DNA of 44,844 bases from Bacteroidales bacterium (GTDB taxonomy: Bacteria; Bacteroidota; Bacteroidia; Bacteroidales; WCHB1-69): assembly GCA_024400785.1 (NCBI GenBank), contig JAKSME010000004.1, positions 1-44,844 of the forward strand, in the 5' to 3' direction. Each line of letters begins with the position of its first letter. The first letter of the stretch is position 1. The position numbers and the translations under genes are program-made. Below the pieces are notes generated by a model. The model was not told the origin of the DNA, did no database searches, and saw only the letters and a list, made by a program, of their open reading frames with translations. This document shows positions 42,441 to 44,844 of the stretch, in pieces.

Positions 42441-44844
42441 ATGATTTATCCATCCACTTTTGAAGAAAAAATAGGTTTTGAACAGATTCGCCAATTGCTG
42501 ACGGCCCGGTGCATTAGTGCTATGGGAAGGCGAGAGGTGGAGTCGATGAGTTATAGTGCCGATTTATCGGAAATTACTGTCAACCTTTTGGAAACCAATG
42601 AGTTCAAGGAGGTTCTTTTGATGGACGATCCGTTTCCGGCACAGGAGTACAACGACCTTTTGCCGGTGTTGGCGCACATCGCCATCGACGGCACTTATAT
42701 TGAGGTGGATGAGTTGGCCGACCTTCGCAATCTCATTCAGGCGGTCATCAATGCGGTGGTTTATTTCCGTGTTCGCCATGAGGATGGAAAATATCCGAAC
42801 CTGTGGGCGAAGTGCGAGGATGTTTTGTTGGAAAAAGAGTTGTTGGCCTCCATCAACCGTATTTTGGATCCGAAAGGCGGGTTGCGCGATGACGCTTCCG
42901 AAGAGTTGAAACGCATCAAAACAACAATGATACGCATTTCCAACGATGCCGACCGCCGCATCCGCAAGCTGTTGACACAGGCCAAACAAGACGGTATCGC
43001 CAAAGAAGATGCCGAAATGACCATCCGCGACGGCCGTCTCTGCATCCCCGTGCAGGCACAGTTCAAACGCCGCCTCCAAGGTTTCATCCACGACGAGTCC
43101 GCCACAGGTCAAACAGTCTTCATCGAACCTACCGAGGTTTTTGCCGCCAACAACGAATTGCGTGACCTCATCAATGCCGAAAAACGCGAAATTATCAAAA
43201 TCCTCACCCATCTCACCAACGAAATCCGTTCCTCAATACCAAATCTTCGTGAATATCACCACTTTATAGGACATATCGACTTCGTTCGCGCCAAGGCTCT
43301 TTTCGCCATCGACATCAAAGCGGGGTTGCCACATCTGATGGAATCTCCCATCTTGCATCTCCATAAAGCCGTTCATCCGCTCCTCTTTTTGAAATTCAAG
43401 TCTTTAGATAAAAAAGTTCAACCCCTCAATTTAGAGCTGAATCCGCAACAGCGCATCTTAATCATTTCTGGACCGAATGCCGGAGGTAAGTCTGTGTGTT
43501 TGAAGACTATAGGACTGTTGCAGTATATGTTGCAATGCGGTTTGCTCGTACCTGCCGACGAGCAGTCGGAAATGAGCATCTTTTCCGATTTCTTTATCGA
43601 CATGGGTGACGAGCAATCCATTGAAAATGACCTCAGTACATACAGTTCCCATCTTAGGAATCTGAAAGTGATGCTGGAAAATCTGAACGAAAAATCGTTG
43701 TTTTTGATTGATGAGTTCGGTTCCGGGACAGAGCCCACGCTGGGTGCTGCGATGGCCGAGGCCGCTCTGGAGGCTTTCTACCAAAGCGATGCTTTCGGCG
43801 TTGTGACCACACATTACGGGAATCTCAAAATGTTTCCCGATAAATATCCGGAATCCGTCAACGGAGCTATGTTGTTCGATACCACACAGTTGCGACCGTT
43901 ATTTATGCTGAAGGTCGGCAATCCCGGAAGCTCTTTCACTTACGAAATCGCACAAAAAATCGGTTTCCCGCAGTCTATTATCGACAGTGCGATTGAAAAG
44001 TCGGGAACTGCCCAAATCGACTATGAACGTAAGTTGCAAGAAATCGAGGTGGCCAAGTTGGAGATTGATGAAAAGTTGAAAATGGTACGCGCCGCCGATG
44101 AACAACTGGCTAAGATGGTGACTGAATATGGGGAGAAATTCGGTGAATTGGAAAAACACCGTAAGGAGATTTTGCAAAAGGCCAAAAATCAAGCAACTTC
44201 CATTATCGACAATGCTAACAAGGTGATAGAAAAGACGATACGCGATATTAAGGAGGCGAAGGCGGAACCGACGAAAACACGCGCCATCCGTAAGGAGACG
44301 GAGCAGGCAAAGGAACAGATGCGTACCGAAATAGAGCATTTTGAAAAAAACGAAGGCCCGAAACCCGCCGTGCCCCTCAAATTCACCAAGCCGCTTCAAC
44401 CTAAAGAAGAAAAAAAGGTGGAAGATCCGGAAATCCATGTCGGCGACTCTGTATTCATGGTTGATATACAGACTGTTGGAGAAGTCTCCAGCATCAACGG
44501 TCAGGATGTGGTGGTGTATTTCAATTCTGTTTCCTTCCGAACTTCGCTTAAACAACACACGAAAATCAGCAAGAAGGAGGCGAAGGATGTGAAGAAGCAC
44601 GGTGTCAGAATCGGAGGTGGGAGTACGTTGAGCGACCTTATGAATGAAAAGGTGGCTTCTTTCAATCCGACATTAGACATTCGCGGGGTGCGCGCCGATG
44701 AAGTGGCCGACATTTTGGAACCCTATATCGACGAAGCTGTGTTGCTCAGCATTCACCAAGTGCGCATTTTGCACGGCAAAGGCAATGGGATATTGAGAAA
44801 AGTGGTGCGCGAAAAGTTGTCGCGCCGCAAGGAAGTCATCTCTT
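42441..44844 (+). CDS. mutS2: Endonuclease MutS2 (with Smr domain), 3' end outside the window
   Basis: Absent from the ORF track because there is no stop in the window. Manual translation: MIYPSTFEEKIGFEQIR..., HDESATGQTVFIEP, Walker A SGPNAGGKS, GDEQSIENDLSTYSSHL, DEFGSGTEP, TTHY, and Smr motifs LDIRG...ILHGKGNG. Confidence 0.95.
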   Translation, partial: MIYPSTFEEKIGFEQIRQLLTARCISAMGRREVESMSYSADLSEITVNLLETNEFKEVLLMDDPFPAQEYNDLLPVLAHIAIDGTYIEVDELADLRNLIQAVINAVVYFRVRHEDGKYPNLWAKCEDVLLEKELLASINRILDPKGGLRDDASEELKRIKTTMIRISNDADRRIRKLLTQAKQDGIAKEDAEMTIRDGRLCIPVQAQFKRRLQGFIHDESATGQTVFIEPTEVFAANNELRDLINAEKREIIKILTHLTNEIRSSIPNLREYHHFIGHIDFVRAKALFAIDIKAGLPHLMESPILHLHKAVHPLLFLKFKSLDKKVQPLNLELNPQQRILIISGPNAGGKSVCLKTIGLLQYMLQCGLLVPADEQSEMSIFSDFFIDMGDEQSIENDLSTYSSHLRNLKVMLENLNEKSLFLIDEFGSGTEPTLGAAMAEAALEAFYQSDAFGVVTTHYGNLKMFPDKYPESVNGAMLFDTTQLRPLFMLKVGNPGSSFTYEIAQKIGFPQSIIDSAIEKSGTAQIDYERKLQEIEVAKLEIDEKLKMVRAADEQLAKMVTEYGEKFGELEKHRKEILQKAKNQATSIIDNANKVIEKTIRDIKEAKAEPTKTRAIRKETEQAKEQMRTEIEHFEKNEGPKPAVPLKFTKPLQPKEEKKVEDPEIHVGDSVFMVDIQTVGEVSSINGQDVVVYFNSVSFRTSLKQHTKISKKEAKDVKKHGVRIGGGSTLSDLMNEKVASFNPTLDIRGVRADEVADILEPYIDEAVLLSIHQVRILHGKGNGILRKVVREKLSRRKEVIS

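Noticed and set aside
42564-44713. Several listed ORFs in the last 2.3 kb (e.g. 42564-43211, 43899-44600)
   Set aside because: They are shadows of the mutS2 reading frame, which starts at 42441 and runs off the window.

Overview
Chromosomal window from a Bacteroidota (Bacteroidales-like) bacterium. This is inferred from repeated TAnnTTTG -7 promoter boxes, AT-rich non-Shine-Dalgarno start contexts, a fused secDF, a PorE-like T9SS protein and a T9SS-cargo C10 protease. Most of the window is housekeeping or envelope genes: partial pnuC, tyrS, HU, fmt, ribH, tRNA-Gln(CTG), two M16 peptidases, tonB, pepD, nucleoside phosphorylase, pgk, an AmgK/RapZ-like fusion, an MFS transporter, secDF, porE-like, namZ-like, PAP2, rpiB and a partial mutS2 that is missing from the ORF track. 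I saw no transposase, integrase, rRNA or CRISPR array. The best candidate for an undescribed system is a solitary AAA_14/DUF4143-type ATPase gene with a nuclease-like tail (19403-20737). Its putative 5' leader holds five spacer-less 33-bp tandem repeats, and its promoter is flanked by two further short duplications sharing an ACGTTTT core. Other notable items are a PorE-like protein with an apparently catalytically dead retropepsin-like C-terminal domain, a three-gene DRTGG/kinase/group-D-like [FeFe]-hydrogenase module, an orphan protein with three FxVPxGYF repeats behind an ECF-like promoter, a degenerate RsbW-like pseudokinase and an orphan LutB-like protein. All family assignments come from motif recognition by eye; no database search was run.
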